DNA of 35,928 nucleotides from Octopus bimaculoides (taxonomy: Eukaryota), in contig NC_068983.1 in NCBI RefSeq assembly GCF_001194135.2, positions 164,833,020 to 164,868,947 of the forward strand. The letters run 5' to 3'. The notes under the pieces were generated by a model, which was not told the origin of the DNA, did no database searches, and worked only from the letters and a program-made list of their open reading frames with translations. The translations under genes and the position numbers were made by a program. Below, in pieces: positions 1 through 11,762 of this stretch (the stretch's first letter is position 1; each line of letters starts with the position of its first letter).

Positions 1-64
1 AATAATATATTCCTCTATACACAATCATACAAAAAAACCCACCTTTTGTGTATTTATTTTTACT

Positions 65-121
<57 letters not shown>

Positions 122-238
122 ATATATTAAGGTTTGCCTCTGTGTGTGTGTGTGCGTGCGTGTGTATATGTATTTGTGTGAGTGTGTGTGTGTATGTATG
201 CATACCTAATTATCTATCTATCTATAAATATGTATATG

Positions 239-269
<31 letters not shown>

Positions 270-313
270 GTATGTAGATAGACAGATAGATAGATTGATA
301 GACAGATAGATAT

Positions 314-615
314 GTGGAGGGCAGCGGACTCACGGTCGTGGAATCGCGGTTTCGAATCCTAGACCGGGTGTTTATTGAGCGAAAACACCTAAAGCTCGAC
401 AAGGTCCCGGCAGTGGTGAACCCTGCTCTACTCTTTCACCACAACTTTCTTTCACTCTTTCTTCCTGTTTCTGTTGTACCTGTATCCCCCCGAGAATTAC
501 GTTAGGGGTACACGTGTCTGTGGAGTGCTCAGCCGTTTACACGTTAATTTCACGAGCAGGCTGTTCTCTTGGTCGGATCAACAAGAACCTTCGTCTTCGT
601 AACTGTCGGAGTGCC
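314..615 (+). mobile_element. tRNA-derived SINE (A box missing), 3' block shared with the copy at 4095
   Basis: B box GGTTTCGAATCC at 348-359. Segment 492-607 aligns with 4290-4405. Flanked by microsatellites. Confidence 0.75.
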
Positions 616-616
616 G

Positions 617-657
<41 letters not shown>

Positions 658-1228
658 TATGTATATATATATACATGTATGTATATATGCATATATACAT
701 GTATGTACGAAGATGCACACAAGATCTCTAGGATTACAATATTTGTGTGCAGGTTTATTTTCAACTGTCACCAGTACTGCTACAGCGTGAAAGGCATTCG
801 CTGCGAGTATTCGTATCCGAGAAAATATTTCTCTATATGTAAAAAATTATACGTAAAAACTCATCGACTCGAGGAGCAAGTGACTCAGCTGACTAACAGA
901 CATGTTGTTTTGGTGTGATTTCGCCTCTTTAGTGGTAGATAGAGCATCAGTCGTTTGAAGCTATACAAACAACGAACCTGAATAGAGCAGAAAGGAAAAG
1001 CAAACTTATCAAAACAAACAAAAGATTCCCTTCAGTAGCTCTCTGCTATTGTTCACTGTGATTTCGATGCCTTGTGACAGAACTGCTTAGTTCGGTAGAA
1101 TAGTCCACACCTGAAGAAAGTACTTGAGTTTCCATGTACGTGAAACTATTAGTAGCGTGGTTTATGCATGTGAGGTGATCGTATAAAACAACACACACAC
1201 ACACACACACACACACCCACATACACAC

Positions 1229-1259
<31 letters not shown>

Positions 1260-1338
1260 TAATTGCAGCGTGGAAGGTGTTTATTAGCCATTTAAAAACA
1301 CACAAAACCGTTAGATTAACTTCAACATTGAAATTTAA

Positions 1339-1389
1339 TTTGCCAAAATATTTGCGGCGCTCTGAGAACGCGTCCTGATCACTGACAAA
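1339..1389 (-). ncRNA. Hammerhead-like fold with G3:C8-swapped core, A13C-degenerate in this copy
   Basis: Minus strand: UUUGUCA-GUGAUCA-GGACGC(GUUCUCAGA)GCGCC-GCAA-AUAU-UU^UGGCAAA. Helix I is 7 bp (one GU), helix II is 5 bp with an A bulge, and helix III is the palindrome AAUAUU. Confidence 0.55.
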
Positions 1390-1402
1390 ATTCCGTTCTG
1401 CA

Positions 1403-1440
<38 letters not shown>

Positions 1441-1450
1441 AAATGTAAAG

Positions 1451-1549
1451 AGGTCGAATCGGTCCGTTCGACTAAAAACTCCTCAGAGTGGTGCTCCCGC
1501 ACGGCCACAGTCTAGTAGCTGAAATAAGCAAAAGATAAAAGTTAAAAGA
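1451..1549 (+). mobile_element. SINE 3' tail fragment (26551 family)
   Basis: GTGGTGCTCCCGCACGGCCACAGTCTAGTAGCTGAAATAAGCAAAAGATAAAAG aligns with 26555-26610. Confidence 0.65.
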
Positions 1550-1564
1550 CACCTAAATATTCAT

Positions 1565-1607
<43 letters not shown>

Positions 1608-1781
1608 TATACATACACAAACACACATATATATATATACATACATACACATATACACACACACATGTATATATATATATACATACACACACGCACGCAC
1701 CTATCTATAAGTACGTAAATACCTTAGACGAATATAAGGCAATAAGTGCCTTTCTCTAAGTAGTGATCCTTGAAGAAGCAG

Positions 1782-2028
1782 ATGCATTTTATGATGTCTT
1801 ATGCTTTTCATGCATTTTATGACGTCTTATACTTTTTATGTATTTTATGACGTCTTATGCTTTTCATGCATTTTACGACGTCTTATGCTTTTCATGCATT
1901 TTATGATGTCTTATAACTTTCATGCATTTTATAATGTCTTGTGCTTTTCCTGCATTTTATGACGTCTTATACTTTTCATGCATTTTATGATGTCTTATAC
2001 TTTTTATGTAATTTATGACGCCTTATGC
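1782..2028. repeat. 28-bp minisatellite, ~9 copies
   Basis: Unit ATGCATTTTATGACGTCTTATGCTTTTC starts at 1782, 1810, 1838 and so on to 2006. Head-to-tail with no spacers. Confidence 0.95.
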
Positions 2029-2785
2029 ATATCCATACTTACAGGCAGATGTGTAAATACGTATGTCTGCGATTATGGAGACGCTCAATGTTCACATGTA
2101 CGTGTGTATGCGTGTATATTCAGGAACATCTGACAGAGATTATAGAATAAAGTTCAAAGATTTTCGCAAGCACTTCTTCAAGAGAATATTCGAACCGTAC
2201 AAACGATCGATAGCTTCAGTTAAATCATAGGAATTTCTAGTGGCAAACTACTTTTCTAGCACTCTTAGAATAATGCTTAGATGTCTACACGTTGTCTTCC
2301 AATTTCCCCACCATTATCGTTTCGAATCGTATTTCGTTGTTATAATAAAAACAAACATAGATGCACCGCGTTTACAAGCCTCAGTGCATGTGTGGTTGTG
2401 TATTTAAGAACATACATATAAATGTATATGTGTATGTGTGTGTGTATGTATGTATGTATATATGTACGTATGTATCTATGTATAGGTGGATAGATGGATA
2501 TTTGTAGGTAAGTATGCAGGAAGAAAAGAAGGAAGGAAGGAAGGAATCAGACGAGTATTTATGAGTGTGTGCCTTGCATGTACGTGGTCTGATCAATAAG
2601 TATCCGGACTGTTGCTATAGTAACGAAGCTAAAGCACGTAGCGTAAAGCCGCTCGGCAAAAATTGATCTTAAACTCTGCTGTGCGTGCGCAGTTTTAACA
2701 TTCTAGCTCAATTCTGCTGTTTACAGCAGTGCTTGGAAGGAAGGTGTATAGCGTGTGATCGTCGCATTGACCATAACAGAAAGCT

Positions 2786-2851
2786 GAGCAGAGAATCTGC
2801 ATTAAATTTTGCCAAAAGCTTGTGTATACCTACTCAGAGGCCTACGCAAAG
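2786..2851 (+). pseudogene. Mariner transposase N-terminus remnant (opposite strand to the larger fragment)
   Basis: Reads EQRICIKFCQKLVYTYSEAYAK, the typical mariner N-terminus (EQR.CIKFC.KL). The start codon is ATA at 2773 here but ATG in the right arm. Confidence 0.8.
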
Positions 2852-3216
2852 TTTTCAAAAAGACCTCATCGTTCTCGACACAATCAATGAGATCTTGTCA
2901 AACTGAGGCCCGAGTGTCTCTTTCGTAATCTGGAAGCAGTTTTGGCGCAAACTTAGCATACACACGTCTCAAACACAAATCTTCAGCGATAATGGACTGA
3001 ACTGAACCGTAACTAATCTACACATTCTCCGATAACTTATGGATGGTGATTCGACGATTTCCCCTCGCAGCTGCACGCACATCTACGATGTTCTTCTCGG
3101 TTTTGCAGGTTGGGGGTCTCCCAGAACATTTGTCAATGTCGGCCATCTTGGAAACGTCTGAGCTACTCGTACATTTGTGTGCGGATCATACACTCCTCTC
3201 CACACACTTTCTGCAG
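2847..3216 (-). pseudogene. Mariner transposase fragment (DNA-binding region through the WVPHEL-equivalent linker), with stops and frameshifts
   Basis: Manual translation: LQKVCGEECMIRTQMYE*LRRFQDGR / IDKCSGRPPTCKTEKNIVDVRAAARGNRRITIHKLSENV*ISYGSVQSIIAEDLCLRRVYAKFAP / QDLIDCVENDEVFLKTL. This matches the mariner pattern (SGRP, RRITI, SAKFVP) and breaks off just before the TGDE catalytic motif. Confidence 0.88.
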
Positions 3217-3896
3217 CTATGAATATGCTACTGAGCAGATATTACCATGAAAACTTTGTCATGGTCAATGCGACGATCACGCGCTAGACACCTTCCTTCT
3301 CAGCACTGTTGTAAACATCAGAAGTAAGCTAGAACGTTACAACTTAGTGCACACTCACAGCAGAGTTCAAGGTCAATCTGTGTCAAGTGACTTTACTCTG
3401 TGTGCTTCAGTTTCGTTACTATGGCTAAAGTCCGGATATTTATTGATCAGACTGCATATGTGACTGAGTATGTCAATTATGTGTGTCAAGTATGTGTGCA
3501 TATACACTTAGTCGCGCATCTGTACATATGAGTAAACAAGACAAGCGACAGGCTAAATTATAGAATATTCTCCATATTTGTACAGATCCAGAAATGGATT
3601 ATAGCTATAATTCTCTAATTCATCGCAACTTTTCACACTTTCTGAAACAAAGCCTTTAAAGCGTTGCACTAAAGAAGCTCCTTTCACAATCAATTGATTC
3701 AATAATCCCAAATTATAAATCTAAATCACCCGGATTTAGTCTCTACATACACCTTATTAGTTTTCTAAATATGTCTTTTTATTAATCTTGATCAAACTGT
3801 TAACGTCTGCCACTGGATGACCATACTTCTAATACTCTGCTCGTTTGCCTTTCTCTGTTCTGGATCGTTATATCTATTCGTGCTTATATTTTGCAG

Positions 3897-3939
3897 AAGT
3901 TTTGATCAGAACATCCCAGGAGTATCCTTCATCTCATAG
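3897..3939 (+). other. Candidate 43-nt exon of an unidentified transcript
   Basis: Pyrimidine-rich upstream sequence ending TTTTGCAG and a consensus donor AG|GTGAGT. One frame is open (VLIRTSQEYPSSH). No homology recognised. Confidence 0.3.
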
Positions 3940-4094
3940 GTGAGTATAACCCCACCCCCACATGATTCGCTGTTTCTTTCCATTCTCGTCTCCGACACTA
4001 ACTTTTACACGAACTGAGTAGTGTTTTGGTCACATCATACCTCATGAATCGATTGTGACGTCATTTTCAAACGACTACTTATGAGTGTGAAAGA

Positions 4095-4405
4095 ACGTGG
4101 CTTAGTAATTAAGGTTTTTGGTTCACGACCGTGAAGTCTTAAGTTCGATTTCTGGCGGCGCCCTATGTCCATGAGCAAAATAACTTATTTCACGTTACTC
4201 CAGAGTGGACTCAGCTAGTAAAAATTGAGTTGTAAGTGTATTTCAAAGAGCCAGCCTTGTCACATTCTGTGTCACGTTGAATCTCTCTGAGAACTACGTT
4301 AAGGGTATGCTTGTTTGTGGAGTACTCAGCCACTTGCACGTTAATTTCCCGAGCAGGCTGTTTCGTTGATCAGATCAACTGGAAACCCTCATCGTTGTAA
4401 CCGAC
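4095..4405 (+). mobile_element. tRNA-derived SINE
   Basis: A-box-like TGGCTTAGTAATT and B-box-like GTTCGATTTC. Head and central domain resemble 26843-26958; the 3' block resembles 492-607. Confidence 0.75.
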
Positions 4406-6624
4406 TTGGTTTATTTAAAATAAGACATTTCGTTTTTTTCTTTTTTTAGATATAATGTGCGGGCTTTGAAACAACTTATGAAGTGAATCCCATGTTCGAT
4501 ATTCATTCAACAGAGTCTTTACTGATTGTACCACATTGGTATTTTAGAAAGAATCAGGCAAAGGATGATCTGACAGTCAAAGACTATTTGTACCAATATT
4601 AAATCTCAACTTTGTTTTCGTTTTAATTTAGTACATATAGAACTTAGAACTTAGTTGACTACACTTAATGTAGTTTCTTTTGTGGAGGCAATAGTTTATT
4701 GTGTGATCAATATTATAGAGTAAACAACATTTGCTGAGCTCATTAATGTCTACTGATATCGATCAGTAGGATATTATTGTTATAGTTACAAATCATATCT
4801 ACGTTATTTGTTACACCTCAACCATTTGTTACACTTTACAAAGTATTTAAATAAATGCTAGAAACTAACTTTGTTTACACACAACCGCGAGATTAAAAAC
4901 AGTGATTTGGAGGTTTATAGCAAATATGACATTTCGTTTTGCTTTAGTTTTGCTTTGTTTTTGCGATATAAATTTCGCGCTTTGAAACAATATTGCGACA
5001 TCCACTTGCTCTATGTTAAAACACTAACTACTTTATATCCGATATTAGCTTTGTGAACAGACGTGTTATACCTACACAGTATATTATGGTATTTTATTTC
5101 ATTCAACAAGGGAAGAGGAAAAACTGAACAGTGTGAAATGTTTTGAATTGATAAAGAAAAGACCAAAACTACGAGTATGAGACATTTTGCCACAGCTGGT
5201 TTTACACTATATATTTGGCGTCGCAGACTCGACGCCGACGGTTTGGACATCAGATGTTTAAATGCTTTTCTTTCTATCTCTCTTTCTCTCGCTCTCACTT
5301 TTACTCTCCCCCTTCTCTCTTTTCTCTCTCTTTCCTCTCCCTTTCTCTCTCTCTCTCTCTCTTATCTCCCTCTCTCTTATCTCTCTCTCTCTCTCTCTCG
5401 CTTTCATCTCTATTTATGTGTGTGAGCATATTTCACTATGTGTATGGGGAGAGGGGAAAGTGTTAATGTCAACCGTATTCAATTAATAAATTATAATCTC
5501 TCTTCGCCACTGTTTCCCTCCCTTCTCTCTCCCATCTCTCTCCCTCTTTCTCTTAGTCTTTGTTAGCGTTCATTTGTACTCTCTCGCGCGCTTGTGTGTG
5601 CCTCCAGTGCCAAAAAGTACCGTCACCACAACAGGCCGTACCACGCTCTCAAACGTCTCATTACGACCAAATACCGCAAAGAACCAATCTCACATTCAAA
5701 CTGTTATATCGCAATACTACACAGTGGCTGTGTGAGCTACGAAATCCTCGTCGCCATTGTTATATCGATCGTTCGGATGACCTCTAGTCAACTACCTCGA
5801 CGTCTAAACTTCTCCCTCAATATCTACGTATTGGGCTAGCCTATTTTATCATCTGGGGGCGTCGATACAACACAAACGAAGGCCAGGCTAAATCTACCAA
5901 TTAGCAAAAAAGAGTTCTCGTTAAAACAATCGACTTAATCAACTCGTTGTACAATTGAACAAGACGCTAAGGAGCCTCTATGTGGCGGCCTACCAACAAG
6001 AAATACAATCCAGTTCACTCACAGATCACTCACAGATGTCTACACAATAAGCTTGACAAAACGATTGGAAAATCGACGCAGTGATCTTCATTTTACATCT
6101 CCTTGATCACCACAGTTGACTGAAGCCTGGAGGATAAGAACCGGGACAAATTAACCATTTAATAGTTTGTATGTCCTGATATTTCTGTTCATGGCATTGT
6201 ATATTTGTGTATTGATGTGAATGCCTTTTATCGTGGGATTAGTGACCAGAACAAAATTAATTGGTTGAAGATACTAGCATTAAAGCCAACACTCCGTATC
6301 GGTTCACTAAACTAAATGCCGCTCTACACCGCACCATAACAATCTACTTTAATAATTCAATAATTTCATTCTGTAAGCATGGCTACTCGTTCGGTTCAGC
6401 TAATGTGATCAATTTGTTAGAAATGCACCTTGTTACCCGGTTTCAGTCTGTTTTGCATATTTCTGAATACAATTAACAGCGAGCTTATTAGGTTATTTGG
6501 CAATAAATTAATAAAACAGCTAATGTTATATCTCATTAATAAAAAGAGATGTAGACTTCACATACAATGGTTATAACATGCAAGAAAATATAGATTTGTG
6601 TGTGAGATGTCCATGGATGTGTTG

Positions 6625-6703
6625 GCGTACACACACGCACATGCACACACATACACATATACAGACACACATACATCCATACAAACATACATATGTACAT
6701 GCA

Positions 6704-6737
<34 letters not shown>

Positions 6738-6835
6738 TGCGTGTGTGTGTGTGTATGTGTGTGTGTGTATGTGCGTGTGTGCGTGTGTGTGTGTGTGTGT
6801 GTGTATGTGCGTGCGTGTGTGTGTGTGTGTGTGTG
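6625..6835. repeat. (CA)n/(TG)n compound microsatellite, representative of many di- and tetranucleotide runs in the window
   Basis: Seen directly; source of the poly-CV/HT ORFs. Confidence 0.97.
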
Positions 6836-7409
6836 GTGTAATATCGTGCAGAGATTACTCTGTGTCGCTAAGCTAATCCGACTTATGGGGGATTCCTGGT
6901 TCATCACGCAACCTCGGCTCAGTATTACAAAGTTCAATATATATGTGTGACAGATATTCTGTATATGGGTGTGGTGATTGGCAGGATAAGATGGACACTG
7001 TTCATGATGAATTCTTAAGAAAAATGACGATAATTAATATTCGTCTATTTCTGGAAATAAAAGATAGGAAGGAAAAGTATTAAAAGAAAAAAAGAAAAAG
7101 AAAATGAAAATTATCACAAAAATCACAAAAACAATAGTGATTGATAACACAACAAAACCATAGCGCACGCATATACACATATACAATACTCATACTTACC
7201 TACGTATACATATACATACACCATGTACGCGCACATACTTGCACACACACACGCATACACAGGTACACACACGCACACGCACACACAATACACACACACA
7301 TGTTATGTGGTGTTCAACGCTATTCAATTGCCAATTCTAGATATATGATGCAGTAGATCTGCTTCTTTCGACATTCATTACAAATTAACAAATTAAGTTA
7401 TCTGCGTGC

Positions 7410-7452
<43 letters not shown>

Positions 7453-9856
7453 TGTATGTATACACATAAATATATACTTTTTCACACATGCATACACTTA
7501 TATACAGAAAGATTTTTTTAATAGAAGCTCGTTATGAAATTCAGACGATTGTTACCCCGATATGAAGAACATTATCACTCGAAAGTCACACCAAGATACC
7601 ACTCCCAGTAGTAGCTGTCGAAGCCCTTCAATTTGCCTGCTCGATTAGGGGTGTTTGATAAACTAAGTTGTTTATGAAGCCAAAGTTAGCTCAGAGCATG
7701 AAGACAACGTAATGGAGAAGAAATTCGGTTGATGCGAAGGCAATTTTAACAACTATTATGCAAAATCTAGTCTTCTTTCCGATACATTCATGAGACAGTT
7801 GAATAGGTATGTATGACGTCTGAAGACCATCTGCACACTACATTCTCCAGATTGAGTCTCACCGACATTGGTCTCTACTCCGTCATATAATTCTACAGCT
7901 GCTAGATTAATCATAATTTCTACAAACGTGATCAAGATCTTAGTTTTTTTGCTTTTCTCTTCGTTTATCTCGCTCCTTTCTTTGCATCAATCTTCTTCGC
8001 ATTTTCCTTCCCCCTTTTTTTTTATTTTTTAAATTTTCAAATGTTTTCTTATTGTCCAGTTTCCTTGTTTTCAAATATGTCTACCATTATGCACCGAGCC
8101 TGAAAGATTGCTGCGAGAAATACATGACACGTTATATACATCTACCAAATGATTATATCTCTACAACACGAAACTATGAGTAGCTCTTTCTTAAATCCTG
8201 TATTTCGAGATGTAATTGTTATATAAATGTTTCCTGTTTTTCTAATGTTATCGAGTTCCACAAAGTCTTTTGAGCTGCATGACTTGGGTAGCAGAGGGCA
8301 AAGAAGACAGTATGATCAGATTCTTCACGTTTACTGGTAACTGCTACAGTCTTATAGCCCCATCTTACCAAAGCAACTTTTCTCTTTTTCTCTTTATCAA
8401 ACGGTTAAATATCTTCCACAGACCTTCTGAACCAGGAGATGAGGTCTTCAATAGAGGAAATTCTCGTATTGGTTGAAGGAGAGTCGTTCATAAGCTTTTC
8501 CATCCAGAGCTGGAGTTTGGTTTAGTGCCAAAATGCTTGTTAAGGCCTAATTATGACTTCAGTTGTTGCTGGAGAAGCCAACAATGTTTAAAACTGTTGA
8601 AGTACCAAGATGAAGCTGTCAACACAAAAAAAAAGGCCCGCTTTTCGGTTCAACTACTTTGAATAATTGTTTTTGAGATGTTGTTGATGGTCGTGGAGAA
8701 GCTATGGTCGATCAGGAAGTTGGAGTCTTACCAACTGAAATAGAAAATCTGCTGACTTTGCAAGGTGTTCACGAAATGAAAAAATCCCACACCAAGAGTT
8801 TGGAACGAATTTCTTTCAATAGTAACTTTTCTAAGTCATGGTTTGACGAATATTTTCTTACTATTTTTATCACGATAACACGGTTTACTTTTCAAGAATA
8901 TCAGAGCAGTTGATATGCTTCTGGACGTCTATATATATTGTTATACTTGGAGATGGTTAAATGGCACCAACTAAACGCACGTACTGTAGTTTTGGTTTTC
9001 ACTTCAGCTCTATTCATATTATTTTAGTTTCTTTTTCAAAGCTTTTTTCGTCGCACTTACTGTGACCACTTGCATGACTGGCAATTTCACGTGTCTCCTT
9101 TTGTTAAAGACACTAAAATAATAATCATCTAAAAAAATAAGAATAAACCTGGAGTGAAGAGCAAATATACAGAGCGTGTGTTTAACTGGTGATATATGAC
9201 CATCCCATAGTATAACAAGATTTGTTTTTCGACACACGAATTCACATCAAGAATTTTGCAAAACAAATAAGGCATATACGCGTATAAATATACGCAAATA
9301 CGTGTATGTGTATATAGATAGATCGATATATGCATACACACATATATATATATAAATGTATATGTGCATATATGTATATGTATATATGTGTATTTACACA
9401 CACACACACACATATGTATATATATATATNNNNNNNNNNNNNNNNNNNNNNNNNNNNNNNNNNNNNNNNNNNNNNNNNNNNNNNNNNNNNNNNNNNNNNN
9501 NNNNNNNNNNNNNNNNNNNNNNNNNNNNNNNNNNNNNNNNNNNNNNNNNNNNNNNNNNNNNNNNNNNNNNNNNNNNNNNNNNNNNNNNNNNNNNNNNNNN
9601 NNNNNNNNNNNNNNNNNNNNNNNNNNNNNNNNNNNNNNNNNNNNNNNNNNNNNNNNNNNNNNNNNNNNNNNNNNNNNNNNNNNNNNNNNNNNNNNNNNNN
9701 NNNNNNNNNNNNNNNNNNNNNNNNNNNNNNNNNNNNNNNNNNNNNNNNNNNNNNNNNNNNNNTGTGTATATATATAAATAAATATGTATATGTATATATA
9801 TGTATATATGCATGTTTGTATGTATGTATGTATGTATATATGTATGTAAGTACGTA

Positions 9857-10050
9857 TCTTTTGCTTGTTTCAGTGGTTAGCCATCGGAAATGCTGGGGAA
9901 CCGCTTTGGAAAATTCTTAGTCCGATTAATGGAACCTAGTGCTTATTTTTCTTAACCTGATATTTATTCTACCGGTCTTTTTTGCAGGACCAACAATGGT
10001 GGTCAAGCAGTGATGGAGAACAAACAGAGACAGAAAGACACAAATACACA
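9857..10050 (-). mobile_element. Decayed SINE body and tail (26551 family)
   Basis: The reverse complement of TCTTTTGCTTGTTTCAGT...ATGCTGGGGAACCGCTTT matches the 26551 tail. Confidence 0.6.
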
Positions 10051-10112
10051 CACACTTACATGAAACACACGCACACATACACGCACGCATAAACATACAT
10101 TCACACACAAAC

Positions 10113-10173
<61 letters not shown>

Positions 10174-10181
10174 AATACATG

Positions 10182-10310
10182 CGACGGGCATTTTTTGATT
10201 TCCGCCTAAGTCCACATACGAAACAATAGTTGAAGGCATTCGCTGTTGGTGCCACGCAGTGAGAACCTAGAGCCATATCGTTGAGGGGCAAACCTCTTGA
10301 CACGCTTGCA
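10182..10310 (-). mobile_element. Decayed SINE fragment, same family as 14883
   Basis: GGGCATTTTTTGATTTCCGCCTA...CAATAGTTGAAGGCATTCG...GCCACGCAG parallels the 14883 copy. Confidence 0.5.
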
Positions 10311-11106
10311 CCCCCACCCCCACACCCATATATATANNNNNNNNNNNNNNNNNNNNNNNNNNNNNNNNNNNNNNNNNNNNNNNNNNNNNNNNNNNNNNNN
10401 NNNNNNNNNNNNNNNNNNNNNNNNNNNNNNNNNNNNNNNNNNNNNNNNNNNNNNNNNNNNNNNNNNNNNNNNNNNNNNNNNNNNNNNNNNNNNNNNNNNN
10501 NNNNNNNNNNNNNNNNNNNNNNNNNNNNNNNNNNNNNNNNNNNNNNNNNNNNNNNNNNNNNNNNNNNNNNNNNNNNNNNNNNNNNNNNNNNNNNNNNNNN
10601 NNNNNNNNNNNNNNNNNNNNNNNNNNNNNNNNNNNNNNNNNNNNNNNNNNNNNNNNNNNNNNNNNNNNNNNNNNNNNNNNNNNNNNNNNNNNNNNNNNNN
10701 NNNNNNNNNNNNNNNNNNNNNNNNNNNNNNNNNNNNNNNNNNNNNNNNNNNNNNNNNNNNNNNNNNNNNNNNNNNNNNNNNNNNNNNNNNNNNNNNNNNN
10801 NNNNNNNNNNNNNNNNNNNNNNNNNNNNNNNNNNNNNNNNNNNNNNNNNNNNNNNNNNNNNNNNNNNNNNNNNNNNNNNNNNNNNNNNNNNNNNNNNNNN
10901 NNNNNNNNNNNNNNNNNNNNNNNNNNNNNNNNNNNNNNNNNNNNNNNNNNNNNNNNNNNNNNNNNNNNNNNNNNNNNNNNNNNNNNNNNNNNNNNNNNNN
11001 NNNNNNNNNNNNNNNNNNNNNNNNNNNNNNNNNNNNNNNNNNNNNNNNNNNNNNNNNNNNNNNNNNNNNNNNNNNNNNNNNNNNNNNNNNNNNNNNNNNN
11101 NNNNNN

Positions 11107-11164
<58 letters not shown>

Positions 11165-11730
11165 AATATGTCTGTTACATGTTGTTGATAGCTGAGGTGT
11201 GAAACTTTTGTTTTAAGAACAATCCTTCCAGTTCGAAGAAATGAATCGTCGAACTCTCCATAAGTAAGCTTTTGTAAGAAGCTTATTTCTGCCAAGTAGA
11301 CGCACATGAAACACTGAAATATAGACACACTCATTCCTGTACACACACTCGTACACGAAGACAGACACGAACACACATACACATACGTATATAGTTTAAT
11401 AGATACACACATATATATATACATACATACATATATATATATATATATGATTAAAATATATGATATATGTATGTGTGTGTGTTTGTGAGTGTGCGTGTGT
11501 GTGTGTCCGTGTATTCTGTGTAAGACGGGGAGAGGGATATGAATATTGTAGCTTGGAGATAAAATCACGTTGATGAATATGCATCTCAAGATATCTCTAT
11601 GTAGCGGAGTGGTTGATGCATGAAGGATTGCTATGTCAACAGAACAATCGGATACACTCACACCTATACACATCTGTGTGTGTGTGAGTGTGTGCGTTTG
11701 TGTGTGCGTGTGTGTGTGTGTGTGTCTATA

Positions 11731-11762
<32 letters not shown>

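Larger units (their letters stand above)
2583..3456. mobile_element. Decayed mariner (Tc1/mariner) fold-back element with ~196-bp inverted arms and TA target-site duplication
   Basis: Left end TA|CGTGGTCTGATCAATAAGTATCCGGACT (TA at 2581-2582) mirrors right end AGTCCGGATATTTATTGATCAGACTGCA|TA (TA at 3457-3458). Arms 2583-2778 and 3257-3456 align by hand at ~83% identity with one 4-bp indel. The interior contains mariner transposase remnants. Confidence 0.9.

Noticed and set aside
1782-2028. 28-bp repeats as a CRISPR array
   Set aside because: Head-to-tail units with no unique spacers, eukaryotic context, no cas genes.
8270-8913. Short ORFs (68-69 aa) and possible exons
   Set aside because: No recognisable domain, weak or missing splice partners, and no consistent reading frame.
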